A stretch of DNA of 64,000 nt from Nitrososphaerota archaeon (GCA_009903795.1 WYER01000019.1:9395-73394), one strand, 5' to 3'; shown: positions 19,628-31,788, counted from the stretch's first letter. Notes: generated by a model not told the origin, from the letters alone. Translations and numbers: made by a program.

Positions 19628-20062
19628 TTAAACCACCTTGACATAAGACACGTTAAAATAACGTTTTAATAATAACTTAATCTTTTCTATGTTTTGCCCC
19701 CTAGTTCCAAAAACCATACCTTTTTGTTCCTGCGGAACTTGAATTATTACAGTTTTTTCGCCATTAGGCGAAGAAGATTCTTTAACGCTTAAGTTCACGT
19801 TTTCCCCCACCATACCCTTTACAAACTCTGTCAAATCATCAGAATAACCAACAATCACTACATCTTTCTTTATTGTTTTCTTTATATAATTTACGTTGAT
19901 ACCTTCTTTTCCGATAGCTTTTGCTACATTGTCCTTTTTTACTACGACTATCATCCTGTTAAACCTGTCATCCCTTATTACGTCCATTGGGAATACTCCT
20001 GTTACTGAAGAAAACAGCTTCATAAAATTGATGTCCTCGTTCGTATACTTGATTTCTGACAG
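19628..20062 (-). CDS. nusA: Archaeal NusA (two KH domains); probable CTG start at 20062
   Basis: AIGKEGINV and GTRGQNI KH motifs; frame extends 13 codons upstream of the tracked ATG ([13 protein letters not shown]) to a CTG preceded by GGTGA. Confidence 0.88.
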   Translation of the reverse strand: MSEIKYTNEDINFMKLFSSVTGVFPMDVIRDDRFNRMIVVVKKDNVAKAIGKEGINVNYIKKTIKKDVVIVGYSDDLTEFVKGMVGENVNLSVKESSSPNGEKTVIIQVPQEQKGMVFGTRGQNIEKIKLLLKRYFNVSYVKVV

Positions 20063-20063
20063 T

Positions 20064-20357
20064 TCAGCTCACCTTTTTCAGTTCTAGCTCTACCCTTTCG
20101 CTCAAGTTTTTCAACCCCACAACCTTTACAGGATGGTTTCTTCCCAAAGCTCTACCTAATTGGTATGGGGATCCATCGTACACTAACAATTTAGCGTCCT
20201 TTGACATTATAGAATCAACTTCATCTTTCTTCAAGTCTTTGGAATAGATGATTAATTTCATCATTTTTAAATCTTTCTTTACTTCTTTCAAGCCCATGGC
20301 TATCTTTTTTTCCTGCGCGATTACCTTTAAAAGTTCTTCTATTCCCATATTTTTCAC
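20064..20357 (-). CDS. rpl30e: 50S ribosomal protein L30e
   Basis: GLKEVKK, YDGSPYQLGRALGRNHPV; canonical position between rpoA and nusA. Confidence 0.8.
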   Translation of the reverse strand: MKNMGIEELLKVIAQEKKIAMGLKEVKKDLKMMKLIIYSKDLKKDEVDSIMSKDAKLLVYDGSPYQLGRALGRNHPVKVVGLKNLSERVELELKKVS

Positions 20358-23300
20358 CTACATGTATATTTGAACCATGCCAGTGCCTACAGGTATTGTG
20401 GAGCCAACTATAACGTTTTCTGTTACTCCAAGGAGTTCATCTGAAAGGCCTCTGGCCGCAGCTTCTGCAATAGTTGGAACAGTTATTTCGAAAGCTGCCT
20501 TTGCAAGCACGCTAGTCTTAAATCCAACTATTCCATGCCTTCCAACTGGCAGCACAATGCCCCTGCTCGTCATGATGTCAGCTATTAGCGAAATATGTCT
20601 ATAATCGACTTCAAGACCTTGCTCATTCAATACTTCAAGTATTTCTTTAATGAGCACGTTTCTTGCGGCCTCTATGCCAAGCACGTTTGCAACTTCATGA
20701 ATGTTGTTGGAGATAGTTCTTGTAGGATCTACGTGTGGAATAGCAAGCACTTTTGAAAGGTTGGACCCGCTGGTCTCTATCATCCATTCTCCTTCTTTGT
20801 TAACGACTGAAGCGTTTATGATTCCTGGAACTCCGCTTATTCTAGAATTAAGCATCTTCTTCTGTATGGCTTGAAGCGCTGTAAGTTCATATGTGTTAGC
20901 GTACACAATTATCTGATTGCCGCTAACTTCAATCTTTCTTTTGCCCCCTTCAATAGCCTTTGCAACGTCTTCTGGAGTAAGGCCTCTGTCCTTTAATTTT
21001 TGCGGCGACAGAGTAAAGACTATTATTCCCTCAGTAGGTTCCACTGCAGCATCAGAAACCACGTTTTCAAGCTTTGTAAATATTATTGACCTTGCAACCT
21101 CCTGAGCTTTCTCTGCTGACGATCTGTATTCCTCATCAAGGTATATCTCCATTACCGGCGTTGTAGGTTCTTTGCGCGCGTCAAGGAGTTCTATCAACCT
21201 TGGCAGACCAAGCGTTACATCTCTTTCTCTTACTCCTGCAAAGTGGAAAGTTCTGAGCGTCATCTGCGTACCTGGTTCTCCAACAGATTGAGCCGCTACA
21301 ACTCCGACAGCTTCTCCTGGTTCCACTAAGCTGTTAACGTATTTTTCAACCGTTTTGTTGCATACTTCAGTTACTGCTTTTTCGCTTAATCCTGAATTAA
21401 GCAAAGCGCTCTCCAGATCTTTTACGAGCTTCGGGTTTAATTTTTCCTTTACTTTTTCAACTTCTGACTTTATGTAACTTGCTGAAGCTGGCTTTCCAGA
21501 ATCTGTTGTTTTGATTATTTCGACAAGCCTCTTTACGTTAACTGCAAGGCCATGGTCGCTCTTTGATACGTCAACTCCATCTTCTCCATATTTAAACTGT
21601 ATAATTCCCCCTTCAGGATCCCTTATTGTAAGGTCGTACTCAACCCTTGTGTGTTCCAAAGCATTTATGAGCCTTCTCTGAAGGTAACCGCTTTGTTGTG
21701 TCCTAACAGCTGTATCTACTAAGCCTTCCCTTCCTGCCATCGAATGGAACACAAACTCAAGTACGTTCAACCCATCCCTGAAACTGCTACTCACGAAGCC
21801 CGTTGCTTCAGGAGTAATGTCTCCTTTCTTAAAGTGGCTCAAAGCCCTCTGCGTATAACCTCTAGTTATTCTCTTGCCCCTGATGCTTTGTTGTCCAAGC
21901 ATAGCCATCATCTGCCCGAGGTTAAGGCTGCTTCCCCTAGCTCCTGTTTTGGCCATTATAAAGCCGCTATTTTCTTCGCTAATTACCTTTTCAACTATTT
22001 TGGCTGCTTTATCCCTAGCTCTGCTCAGTTCGTTCATTATGTAGTTTTCAAGCATGTCTTCTGGCTTAACTCCTTTAAGTATAGGCAGCTTGTTTTCCCT
22101 GTACTGAGTTATATAGTTAAGAACGTTCTCGTACGCTTCTTTAACAATTTCCTTTAGCTGCCTCTTGACGCTCTCAGGTATTTCAAGCTCATCGTATCCG
22201 TAAGAAAAGCCTCTGCGAGTTAGGTATTCTATGAATATCTTTAACAGCGAGTTCAATAGATTTCTCGAAGTTTGAGGGCCGTAGTCTTTTGTTATCCTGT
22301 GTAGCATGCTATCTGGTTCTTCAGCTCCAAGCGAAGCCTTATCAAGAACTCCAGAAATCAGTTGACCGTTTTTAACAAGTATGTCATTTTTACCGCCCCC
22401 TACCCATTTTGACGTTCCAACAAAATTAAAGTCCTTTGGCAGGAACAAAGACACGAGCTCTTTTCCAGTATAATATTGCTTTTCTGGTATTTCACCTTTA
22501 TAACCTCCAACGTATGCAAGGTTCATCATATCCTGTTTGCTCAGCTTTGTTTTATCTCTAGTAAGCAAATAAGCGCCCGTTATGTAATCCCTTATTGCTC
22601 CCATTATTGGCGCTCCGTACCTGGGCGTTATTATCTGGTTCTGAACTGCCATCAGGTGCATTGCTTCTGCTTGAGCGTCAAGGCTTTGAGGTACGTGAAG
22701 GTTCATTTCGTCACCATCAAAGTCAGCGTTGTAAGGCGGACAGACAGCTGGATGTAGTCTGAAAGTTCTGCCAGGCAAAACTCTAACGAAATGTGCCATT
22801 ATCGACATCCTGTGCAAGGAAGGCTGCCTGTTAAATAAAACAACGTCGCCGTTCATTAAGTGTCTTTCCACAACATAATCATATGTTAAAGTGTTTGCCA
22901 GAGATTCTCTATCCTGTACATAATCTAGCCTTATCTTAATTCCATCGGGCCTTATGACGTAGTTAGCCCCAGGATAGTTATCTGGCCCGTTCTTGACAAG
23001 TTCTCTCAAGAATTCGATGTTCCATGGAGTAACTCTTTCTGGAACCGTTAACCTCTTTGCTACTTCAATAGGTATTCCAACTTCAGCTATATCTATGTTT
23101 GGATCCGGTGAAATGACTGTCCTGCTTGAGAAATCAACCCTTTTCCCAGAAAGGTTTCCCCTGAACCTCCCTTCCTTACCCTTAAGCCTTTGCGCTAAAG
23201 TTCTTAGAGGCCTTCCCGACCTGTGATGAGCTTGAGGTATTCCTGAGACCTCGTTATCGAAATAAGTTGTTACGTGGTACTGCAAAAGATCTGCTAAATC

Positions 23301-24101
23301 CTGAATTATCAGCGGCGGTGTACCAGATTCCTTTGCTTCAGCTACCCTTTGATTAACTCTCAGTATGTCAACTAGCTTATGGGTTAGATCGTCTTCAGAC
23401 CTTGTACCTGTTTCAAGTATTATGCTAGGCCTTACAGAAACTGGAGGGACTGGAAGCACTTGAAGAACCATCCATTCTGGCCTAGCAGACCTTGGATCGT
23501 ATCCCAAAACTTCAACATCAGAGTCAGGAATCCTTTCTAACCACTCTCTTATCTGGGATGGCATCAACCTTACAGGCGCTCCATCCTCAGTTATTTCATG
23601 GAACGTATGAGGCTTTGTAAATTCGATTTCAAGTTTCTTTGCTCCACAGTGGGGGCATATTTTTGTTTTCTTTGCTTTTGCGACTATTTCTTTTGTTATC
23701 TTTTGTAGAACGATTGGGTTACCACGCGCTTCGTCGAGCTGTTTTCGGTAAGCCTCTATTTCATCATCAGGCAAAAGAATTCTGCCGCATTTTTTACACG
23801 TAGTTACGAGGAACTTGTGAATGTCGTCTACAAAAGCAATGTGCAATACAGGTTCAGCTAGCTCTATGTACCCAAAGTGACCTGGACAGTTGCTAGCTGT
23901 ATTTCCGCACGTTTTACATTTTTGTCCAGGTTCAAGAACTCCAAGGCGGTTATCCATAAGACCGCCTTGAACTGGCATTCCATCTTCATCATACGTCTCT
24001 GGAACAGTTATCTCCACTACTGCGTACTTTCTTATTTCAGTAGGAGACATTAAAGTAAACTTGATTGCACCTATTTTGTTTAAAAATACGTTTTCGCTCA
24101 T
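20358..24101 (-). CDS. rpoA: DNA-directed RNA polymerase subunit A, unsplit (A' and A'' fused)
   Basis: CKTC..CPGHFG, GKRVDFS, NRQPSLH, catalytic NADFDGDEMN, DTAVRT, then directly GTQMTLRTFHFAGV and GTGMV. Confidence 0.97.
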   Translation of the reverse strand: MSENVFLNKIGAIKFTLMSPTEIRKYAVVEITVPETYDEDGMPVQGGLMDNRLGVLEPGQKCKTCGNTASNCPGHFGYIELAEPVLHIAFVDDIHKFLVTTCKKCGRILLPDDEIEAYRKQLDEARGNPIVLQKITKEIVAKAKKTKICPHCGAKKLEIEFTKPHTFHEITEDGAPVRLMPSQIREWLERIPDSDVEVLGYDPRSARPEWMVLQVLPVPPVSVRPSIILETGTRSEDDLTHKLVDILRVNQRVAEAKESGTPPLIIQDLADLLQYHVTTYFDNEVSGIPQAHHRSGRPLRTLAQRLKGKEGRFRGNLSGKRVDFSSRTVISPDPNIDIAEVGIPIEVAKRLTVPERVTPWNIEFLRELVKNGPDNYPGANYVIRPDGIKIRLDYVQDRESLANTLTYDYVVERHLMNGDVVLFNRQPSLHRMSIMAHFVRVLPGRTFRLHPAVCPPYNADFDGDEMNLHVPQSLDAQAEAMHLMAVQNQIITPRYGAPIMGAIRDYITGAYLLTRDKTKLSKQDMMNLAYVGGYKGEIPEKQYYTGKELVSLFLPKDFNFVGTSKWVGGGKNDILVKNGQLISGVLDKASLGAEEPDSMLHRITKDYGPQTSRNLLNSLLKIFIEYLTRRGFSYGYDELEIPESVKRQLKEIVKEAYENVLNYITQYRENKLPILKGVKPEDMLENYIMNELSRARDKAAKIVEKVISEENSGFIMAKTGARGSSLNLGQMMAMLGQQSIRGKRITRGYTQRALSHFKKGDITPEATGFVSSSFRDGLNVLEFVFHSMAGREGLVDTAVRTQQSGYLQRRLINALEHTRVEYDLTIRDPEGGIIQFKYGEDGVDVSKSDHGLAVNVKRLVEIIKTTDSGKPASASYIKSEVEKVKEKLNPKLVKDLESALLNSGLSEKAVTEVCNKTVEKYVNSLVEPGEAVGVVAAQSVGEPGTQMTLRTFHFAGVRERDVTLGLPRLIELLDARKEPTTPVMEIYLDEEYRSSAEKAQEVARSIIFTKLENVVSDAAVEPTEGIIVFTLSPQKLKDRGLTPEDVAKAIEGGKRKIEVSGNQIIVYANTYELTALQAIQKKMLNSRISGVPGIINASVVNKEGEWMIETSGSNLSKVLAIPHVDPTRTISNNIHEVANVLGIEAARNVLIKEILEVLNEQGLEVDYRHISLIADIMTSRGIVLPVGRHGIVGFKTSVLAKAAFEITVPTIAEAAARGLSDELLGVTENVIVGSTIPVGTGMVQIYM

Positions 24102-24107
24102 ATTTCG

Positions 24108-27100
24108 CTACACCTCCTCCTTAACCTTAATTCTAGGCGCAATCCCAAGACTCATAATCTCTTGTAAAAGTAGCTTAAAAGCATATGCTACGTTCAGCGG
24201 AACTATTTTAACGTCTGAACCATCCTGAGGACACTCAAACTTCTTGGTTTTTGCGTTGTAATGGGCTAAAAGTCCGCACTTTGTACAAACATAAATGGTC
24301 GTTTTATCTGACTCTTCTAGCAGCCTGTCCTTCAAAACCATAGCTGCGCCGTAAGCTACTAGGCAATCCCTTTCCATTTCTCCAAACCTTAAACCTCCAC
24401 CCCTAGACCTTCCTTCTGTAGGCTGTCTCGTAAGCATCTGTACTTGCCCTCTGGCCCTTGCATGTATCTTATCAGCAACCATGTGGTGAAGCTTTTGATA
24501 GTATACTATACCTATAAATATTTGAGCCTCAAACTTTCTTCCTGTAACACCATCGTACATAACTTCTTTTCCAGTCGGGGAAAATCCGTACTGTTTGAGA
24601 ATTTCTCCAAGATCTTTAACGTTCTCACCTTCAAAAGGAGTGCCGTCAACTTCTTTACCTCTTAAAGCTGCAGCTTTGCCAGCTATAGACTCAAGGAATT
24701 GACCTACAGTCATTCTTGATGGAAAAGCGTGAGGGTTAATTATTATGTCAGGAATGACGCCATCTTCTGTATAAGGCATATCCTTAGGGTCAACTATCAT
24801 GCCAATTACCCCTTTTTGGCCATGCCTTGATGCGAACTTATCTCCAAGCTCAGGAATTCTGTGATCCCTTACTCTAACCTTGTACATGCGGTTGCCTTCA
24901 ACGCTTTCTGACATCACAACGGTATCTACAACTCCGTTTTCGCTTGGACGCATCGATACTGAAGTATCCCTCATGTAAAGGCCTTTTATTTCAATTCCTT
25001 TGTACTCCTCACTAAACCTTGGTGGGCTAAGCTTTGATATAAGTACGTCGCCGCCTTTGACCTCTGCTTCGGGATATGTGACCCCGTCTGCTTGAAGGTT
25101 TCTGTAATATTTTTCCCCCTTATATCCTCTTACATTGCCTTCCGGTTGTGGTATTTCAAACTTGTCCTTTAGTCCTCCAAGGTATTGCTGTGCTTCAGCT
25201 TCATAAAGCCTGTAAAAGAATGATCTTCCAAGGCCTCTTTCTATGCTTGCCCTATTAATCACTATAGCGTCTTCTATGTTATATCCTTCAAAGCTTATTA
25301 TTGCTACGACAGCGTTAAAACCTATTGGGGATTCGTTAAGGTTTAACAAGTTAAATGCTTTAGTTGTGACGAGCGGTTTTTGCGGGTACTCAAGTAGATG
25401 ACCCCTAACATAAAGCGCTTGGTTAAGATTAGCGACGCTAAAGCCTAAAGCCTGTTTTGCCATGGCAGATTCGTAAGTATTTCTGGGCGACTGGTTATAT
25501 TCAATGTACGGAATTATTGAAGCTACTGCGCCAAGTATAGCAGGCGGATATATTTCCATGTGAGTTGTTTCTGGCGTTATATGGTATTCGTCAACTGCTA
25601 CTAACATGTTATCTTCTTCATCAGCATCTAGAAGCTCTATTACACCAAGACGTATAAGGTCTTTCCAGGTTAACTCTCCGTTTTCTATCTTCTCTATATG
25701 TTCATCTGTTAGCTTTGGTTTTCCTTTCTCAACTATGATAAGAGGCCTGAGAACCCTTCCAGCGGTTGCGTTGATGAAAAGCCTTTTTTCGCCACGCGGA
25801 TCAGCAGGATAATAGATAAAAATGCTTACATCGTAAGGGATCTCACCGTTTCTTCTCATTTCTCTTAATTTTCTTGCAGTTTTTTCTACATCAGTATACC
25901 CAATAAACCTTCCGTCGAGGAAAACTTTGTCACCCTTTCCTGTAAGAGTTGTAATTATTTTCTCCTTAAGGGGCTCAAAATCGTGATTAACAGAAATTAT
26001 CGCAGAAAGAGCAAGGTTCTTAACTAAACCACAGTTGCTTCCTTCAGGAGTTTCAACTGGGCATATTCTGCCGAACTGCGTTCCGTGCAGTTCTCTTGCT
26101 TCAAAGTTAGGCTGCGTCCTGCTTAAAGGCGATTGTATTCTTCTAAGATGGCTTATCGTAGAAAGCCTGTTGGTTCTATCAAGGAGCTGCGTTATTCCAA
26201 CTCTTCCTCTTCCCCAGTTTCCAGTAGCTATAGCGTTAGTAATCTTGTCCGTTATTATTCCAGGCCTTATTACAGCAGATACTATGTTTGGACCTTTCTT
26301 TGGACCTGCTCTGTCAAGCTGATATTTCATATCTCTAATAAGGTTCTTGAACGAAGTTCTGAATATATCAGCAAGCTGTTCGCCTGCAAATTTGATTACT
26401 TTGTTTCCATAATGGTCCCTGTCATCTGGAACAATATAACCAAGCTTTAACTGAATCAGCTTGTTAGCCATTTCCGCTAGGAACATTGCTTTATCATACC
26501 TTGTGTCAGGCGTCCTACCTAAATGTGGGAGAATATACATATCTATTAGCTGTTCAGCCCTCTTATACCTGATTTCGTCAGGCTGGCCATGGGCGAGCCT
26601 GTTACCTATGTACATTATAGCTTCATCTTGAGTTTTGACCTCAACCTTTTCAAGCGTTGGAACAAGCTCTTCTTGTATGTCTTCTCTTGTTGAAACAGCA
26701 TTTGCAATGTCTACGTCTTTTACCACACCAAGAGCTTTCATCAAAACTGAAAACGAAATTTCTGTCGGAAGTATTGGAACCTTAACGTATATTACGTTAT
26801 CATTTTTTATTACCATCTCTACCTTAGATCTAAAACCAACTATAGAAGAATGTACTATAGCTCTGTAAACTATAGAAGAACCGCTTTTTTCTTTTTCAAC
26901 CAGTATTTTGTTTGGCGAAATGTCCTCTAGCCCTATGATCAACCTTTCGCTTCCGTTTATTATAAAATACCCTCCAGGATCGTTTGGATCCTCGCCGACG
27001 TCAATAAGCTCCTGTTCATTTAGATTATGTAAAACACAAATGTCAGACTTGACCATGACGGGCAAGTTTCCGATGTGAACCTTAAAAGGCCTATTAATCG

Positions 27101-27422
27101 AAGGGTCTGAATCAACTATTTGCATTTCAAGATACAGCGGAGCTGCATAAGTTAGGTTCCTTAACCTGGCTTCCATGGGTTTTATATAATTTTCAGAACC
27201 ATCATGTTCAACAACTCTGGGCTTCCCGATTTCAATTTTGCCGAGCTTTATCTTATATTTTCCTGATATAGTTTCTATTTCAACTTCCCCAACCTCGTTT
27301 ACTATGCTCTGCATTCCCTTTTTTATAAATTGATTATAGGAATTAAGGTGTTGCCTTGCTATACCCTCGGTTTCAAGTATATTCTTAATTATAGGCCACC
27401 TTTTCTCAAATATAGATTTCAT
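24108..27422 (-). CDS. rpoB: DNA-directed RNA polymerase subunit B, unsplit
   Basis: [56 protein letters not shown]. Confidence 0.98.
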   Translation of the reverse strand: MKSIFEKRWPIIKNILETEGIARQHLNSYNQFIKKGMQSIVNEVGEVEIETISGKYKIKLGKIEIGKPRVVEHDGSENYIKPMEARLRNLTYAAPLYLEMQIVDSDPSINRPFKVHIGNLPVMVKSDICVLHNLNEQELIDVGEDPNDPGGYFIINGSERLIIGLEDISPNKILVEKEKSGSSIVYRAIVHSSIVGFRSKVEMVIKNDNVIYVKVPILPTEISFSVLMKALGVVKDVDIANAVSTREDIQEELVPTLEKVEVKTQDEAIMYIGNRLAHGQPDEIRYKRAEQLIDMYILPHLGRTPDTRYDKAMFLAEMANKLIQLKLGYIVPDDRDHYGNKVIKFAGEQLADIFRTSFKNLIRDMKYQLDRAGPKKGPNIVSAVIRPGIITDKITNAIATGNWGRGRVGITQLLDRTNRLSTISHLRRIQSPLSRTQPNFEARELHGTQFGRICPVETPEGSNCGLVKNLALSAIISVNHDFEPLKEKIITTLTGKGDKVFLDGRFIGYTDVEKTARKLREMRRNGEIPYDVSIFIYYPADPRGEKRLFINATAGRVLRPLIIVEKGKPKLTDEHIEKIENGELTWKDLIRLGVIELLDADEEDNMLVAVDEYHITPETTHMEIYPPAILGAVASIIPYIEYNQSPRNTYESAMAKQALGFSVANLNQALYVRGHLLEYPQKPLVTTKAFNLLNLNESPIGFNAVVAIISFEGYNIEDAIVINRASIERGLGRSFFYRLYEAEAQQYLGGLKDKFEIPQPEGNVRGYKGEKYYRNLQADGVTYPEAEVKGGDVLISKLSPPRFSEEYKGIEIKGLYMRDTSVSMRPSENGVVDTVVMSESVEGNRMYKVRVRDHRIPELGDKFASRHGQKGVIGMIVDPKDMPYTEDGVIPDIIINPHAFPSRMTVGQFLESIAGKAAALRGKEVDGTPFEGENVKDLGEILKQYGFSPTGKEVMYDGVTGRKFEAQIFIGIVYYQKLHHMVADKIHARARGQVQMLTRQPTEGRSRGGGLRFGEMERDCLVAYGAAMVLKDRLLEESDKTTIYVCTKCGLLAHYNAKTKKFECPQDGSDVKIVPLNVAYAFKLLLQEIMSLGIAPRIKVKEEV

Positions 27423-27661
27423 TCTTCAACCACCACTCTATAATATTCAGTTATTCCCGCAGTTTCGCTTTCCCTTATTATTTTTACAACATCACCTGGT
27501 TTAGCCCCTATAGCCCTGATTACGGGATCAGTAGCTTTAATCTTAGGTAACTGCTCTAATTTAGCGTGATATTTCTTTAATAGCGCATCTACCTCTTCTT
27601 TAGAAAGTATAATGTGTTTTGGAACATACTTATTTTTAAGTATATCAATTTTAGAAGACAT
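27419..27661 (-). CDS. rpoH: RNA polymerase subunit H (Rpo5)
   Basis: [35 protein letters not shown]. Confidence 0.95.
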   Translation of the reverse strand: MSSKIDILKNKYVPKHIILSKEEVDALLKKYHAKLEQLPKIKATDPVIRAIGAKPGDVVKIIRESETAGITEYYRVVVEE

Positions 27662-28451
27662 TATCCTTAATCGCCACTCAAATAGTTATATTTAAAGATT
27701 ATTTAAATTTTTATTCGGGTTAATGATTGCAAGCGTATGTTTTTTAATTGCTAACGCGTGATAAATTGTGCACTTATATATAAGGCGAAACATAAAGCAT
27801 TTAGTTAAGATCTTTTATGATAAATTTAAGTACTTTCACAAACACAACATTTTAATTGTAAAATGATATTTTATAAACTTTTTAGGCCAAATTTTAGCCC
27901 CTAACTTATAGTTCTAGGATCTCTATATCAGCCTGTTTAGATCAGATTACTAGTTAAGAGGTCCTAATCTGCTTAAAGTCATTTCCATTTTAACAATAAG
28001 CTTGAAAAAGTACGCTCTCGTGTTTTGAATTTCAACACGCTTGTTTCTTTTCTATATAGTTCTTCTCAAACTCGGAGCTGTACCTGGAGCCTATAAAACG
28101 GGAAAAATCCCATAAAGTTTTCATATTAAATAATTCTTCTCAAATCAAGCCATTTATTTATTTTTTATTAACACTTTGCGTTTGTAAGTTTTTTGCTGCC
28201 TGCATTTTACCCAGTATACCTTGATCATGTATGTTATTCACAGAGGCAGACTGGGTATGTTTTAAAATAGTTCGAGTTCGCTAATTTATAAAGGAAAGAA
28301 TCTGAGGCCAATAACTAAAGCGATTTCCTGTTTAGTTCTTTTAAGCTATGAATTGATAAGTTCTTAAAATAATGAAATTTGCAGCAGGTTCAAAATTTTT
28401 AATCAAATTTTAAAAAAGTTTTTATTGGTAAAATGAGTTAGTTTAAAACAT

Positions 28452-28524
28452 GCCTCGGTAGCTCAGCAGGTAGAGCGTCCGCCTCGTAAGCGGAAGGTCG
28501 CGGGTTCAAAGCCCGCCCGAGGCT
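28452..28524 (+). tRNA. tRNA-Thr(CGT)
   Basis: GCCTCGG/CCGAGGC acceptor stem, anticodon arm TCCGC-CT-CGT-AA-GCGGA, GGTTCAAAG T-loop. Confidence 0.94.
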
Positions 28525-28560
28525 AATAAACTTTTTGTGTATGAACCTACCAGCGTTTGT

Positions 28561-29259
28561 TTAGGCGTTGCAAACCTTGCAACTGTAGCTATTGATGATG
28601 GTTCATGAATGCTCTTCAAGGGCGGATCAGCGCTATCTGAATTCAAGAAGATAACAAAGCGCATTGTTAAGGAAAAGAAGAGGCTTGCAAAGCACGGCCT
28701 TAAAACTAGCAGGAAGCTTGAAATGCTGTATAATAGATGTACTGTCCTGCTAAAGAATGTAAGGGAAGGATTAGCTAGGGAAGTTGTAGAATCTCTCTAT
28801 GATAAAGGTGTAGGAGAAATAGACATAGGCTATCCAAAGGGTATAGCTCAGAGCAAAGGAAATGAAATAAATTCAAACTACTGGATCTATTCTGCAATAA
28901 TAGGCTGCATCAAGGAGGCAGCAAAGGAATATGGTATAAAGGTTAAGCCTGTTAATGAAGCGAATACATATAAAATGTGTTCTCTGTGTGGGGAAACTAA
29001 CGAAAATGAAAGAATTAAAATGGGCTTATTCGAGTATCCTCGCACAGGGAAAGTAATAAACGCTGATCTGAATGAAGCAATAAACATGATGAAAAATATC
29101 CCCAAATCCTATGATGATAGGGGTAAATGGCTGAAGGCACAGCCTGTGGTCTGTAGCGGGTGTGCAACCACTAGCAATGAAACAATTAAAGCGATAAACC
29201 ACGAACCTATGATCAGCCTTGAAGGAACCACATTTCCTTTAGGGCTGTGAGGATGTCAG
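28561..29259 (+). mobile_element. tnpB: 5'-truncated IS200/IS605 tnpB remnant with right end retained
   Basis: LGVANLATVAIDDGS* (TGA 28606-28608) in frame with MLFKG...IGYP...CSLC...NADLNEAINM; ends GAGGATGTCAG at 29259; N-terminal half missing. Confidence 0.85.
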
Positions 29260-29751
29260 CTTCCTTCATCAAATATTATGATATATACTCAAAAGCTTCA
29301 TGAGCTCATCTTTAACTGAAAACCTTGGTGATTAAAATTGAGTCTAATGGAGATTATAAACTTAATTGATCTTTAAAGATTCGGCTGGACAATGTCATAT
29401 AAGAAAGAAAAACCCAGGTCAAGAACGTCATGGTTAAAATCGATCTACCCATTAAGCAACTTAGCGTTCTCATTGTTACATAAAGCAGCTTGAGAAACAT
29501 GTGCATGTACCTGACAAGATAAGGACCATCTTTACCTTCGGTATGTGCCGATGGCCGTGTTACAATCCTTCGATGTTCTCTAACATAGAGAATATGCTTT
29601 ATAAGTCAAATGCAGGCTTTTATCAGCTAACTAAGGTGACCATAAGGCGATACTGTCCCAAGCTAACACAGCAGACATCAGTTTTCTTTACCGTACTGGC
29701 TGATCATACACCGCGTTTAGGTAAAAATAGTATTTTTATTTTATATATACT

Positions 29752-30474
29752 TTAATAACCATTCATTGACCGCAGAATCTCAAGCCCATTCACAAAGGCT
29801 CTATTACCAGTCAAAAATCTGGTTACAGCAATGATATCCTCAAGTTCAGCAGCATTTCCGCCGTTTTTTATGAATTGATCCAAGTAAACCTTCTGACACT
29901 CTCTATCATGAATGGAAACACTTACGGCATAAGCTATTGCAAATATATATTTTTTATCAAGTGCCTTGGGTTTTAGTAGTTCGTCTCTTTCTCTTAGATG
30001 TTCCTTCAACAACGAAGTTGAAACCGTTGCAGTTAAGGATAGCCTTTCTGGCACAATTCCTGTTTCCGCCTTTAGCTTTCTCAATATAATTTCAGAATCC
30101 GTATCTTTGTTAAGAAGCTCTTCTTTCCCCATATCAATTATCGATGATGCTACATCAAGCGTAGATGACATCAATGCCATTTTTGTTGCTCTCATCGCAT
30201 CTACTATTTCGTCATTGCTTGCACCATATCTTTTAGCTAACTTAAAGTGTATCTTCGCTGATTCCTTTGGTCCATTGGCTAGTGCAACAGACATAGCTAT
30301 AATAGCTAGAATCTTTTTTGGAATGTTTTTCCTGCCTAAATACAATATGTTATTTTCATTAAATTGCTCCAATGCTGCAGCTTAATTTAATTTATAAAGC
30401 TGGACAATGACTTCAGGCATCTCGCCAAGTGTTGCCTCCGCAAACCTTTTAATTTTCTCACATTCGGCTTCCAT
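29752..30474 (-). pseudogene. Tandem AhpD/carboxymuconolactone decarboxylase-like protein with a premature stop
   Basis: Two CMD-like repeats (KKILAIIAMSVALA...A.RYGAS.DEI; LDKKYIFAIAYAVS...AAELEDI); frame opens at ATG 30474 but has TAA at 30382-30384; a shorter TTG start at 30372 cannot be excluded. Confidence 0.6.
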
Positions 30475-30659
30475 GCCTTTTTTCTATCATTAATAAATAA
30501 AAAAATTTGGTCAAATAATTTGAGAAAAACATACAATTTTAACAATTATTTTAGTATCACTCTCTTATCTGGAAATTATTTCATGGTCTTAAACATATAG
30601 CTGATAAAAGCAAACTAAGCAGATTTTGGCTAAACCTAATGAAGAGGTATGGGCTAGCA

Positions 30660-31290
30660 TGCTTAGCGAAGATGAGATTAATGCATCGTTAATGCTAAGC
30701 TTGAAGGAAAACTTATTACAGGGAAATTGCAAGCGTGCAAGGAATATCAACCAGAAGTGTGCAACAGCTTTACAGCAAATACAAAAGTACAGGGTTATTC
30801 ATGTTCAGAAAAAAGTTGGAAGACATAAACAGCCTTTGCCTGAGCAAGTTAAATGTTAAACCAAAACTTTACAAAATGTACAGAGCCAATGTGAGCTATA
30901 TCGGCAAAATTCTCAGAACGAAATGATACAGCATTAATAACAACATGATCAATCAAGTACTCAAGGAGGCTGGATTTGCAATGAGTGAGCCTAAAAAGTA
31001 ATATAGATAGAAGTGGATAAAGAGAACATTTTAATTTATTGTGGCACGTTGATTGGCACGAAATAAAGGATCCTAGGTGGAAAGGTTTAGGGTTAATAGT
31101 TTATGAAGATGATTCTTTTAGGTTTGTAGTTGGCCACGGCGTTTATCCAATTCCGACATCTCAGTTGATGTGTTAAGGAAAGCAACAGACGTAAGAATAA
31201 ATCGCAAACTTTGCTTCGCAAGAGTTTTAACTACGTGAGATCACAAATCAATCAACGCGCTTATGTTCCTTTCACGAGAGAAACGTTTGT
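30660..31290 (+). mobile_element. Decayed IS481-family transposase remnant (boundaries approximate)
   Basis: Frameshifted fragments VNAKLEGKL, QGISTRSVQQLYSKYKSTG (HTH), NQVLKEAGFA, LWHVDWHEIKDPRWKG, VYEDDSFRFVVGHG (integrase core). Confidence 0.75.
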
Positions 31291-31403
31291 AATACAAAAA
31301 TTACAAATTTCGCCATTTATAGTGCAAAGGAGTCAGTTATAAAACTAAACTTATCCAAAAGCTTTAATAACCTTTTTTACTACTACATTCGAAGGTGAAG
31401 CCT

Positions 31404-31781
31404 ATGAGCCAAAAGCCTAGTTACGTAAAGTTTGATACGCCAAACGAGCTTGCTCAAGCTGCGCTCGACGCAGTAAAGCAGGCTAAAGAGTCCGGTAAAA
31501 TCAGAAAAGGAACAAATGAAGTCACAAAAGCTGTAGAAAGAGGGGAGGCAAAGTTAGTAATAATTGCAGAAGACGTCGATCCTCCAGAAATAGTAGCGCA
31601 CCTACCATTGATATGTAGCGAAAGAAAGATTCCCTATATGTACGTTAAATCAAAGAAGGACTTAGGAGCTGCTGCAGGTTTACAGGTAAGCGCGGCATCT
31701 GTAGCTATAATCGATCCAGGACAGGCCAAACAGATAGTTGATCAGATTACATCGCAGTTATCAAAAATAATAGGTGTATGA
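31404..31781 (+). CDS. rpl7ae: 50S ribosomal protein L7Ae
   Basis: [35 protein letters not shown]; ATG 31404 follows a GGTGA SD-like site. Confidence 0.97.
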   Translation: MSQKPSYVKFDTPNELAQAALDAVKQAKESGKIRKGTNEVTKAVERGEAKLVIIAEDVDPPEIVAHLPLICSERKIPYMYVKSKKDLGAAAGLQVSAASVAIIDPGQAKQIVDQITSQLSKIIGV

Positions 31782-31788
31782 AATTTAA

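Noticed and set aside
20358-24101. Unsplit RpoA as a novelty
   Set aside because: Known trait of Nitrososphaerota and Korarchaeota; used only as a taxonomic clue
1651-26868. Many 60-170 aa ORFs antisense to or nested in hppA, rpoA, rpoB, PINA and others (likewise across the rest of the window)
   Set aside because: Shadow ORFs opposite well-conserved genes, with no motifs of their own
31390-31412. K-turn autoregulatory element in the L7Ae leader
   Set aside because: Two GA dinucleotides are present but no compatible C and NC stems could be formed
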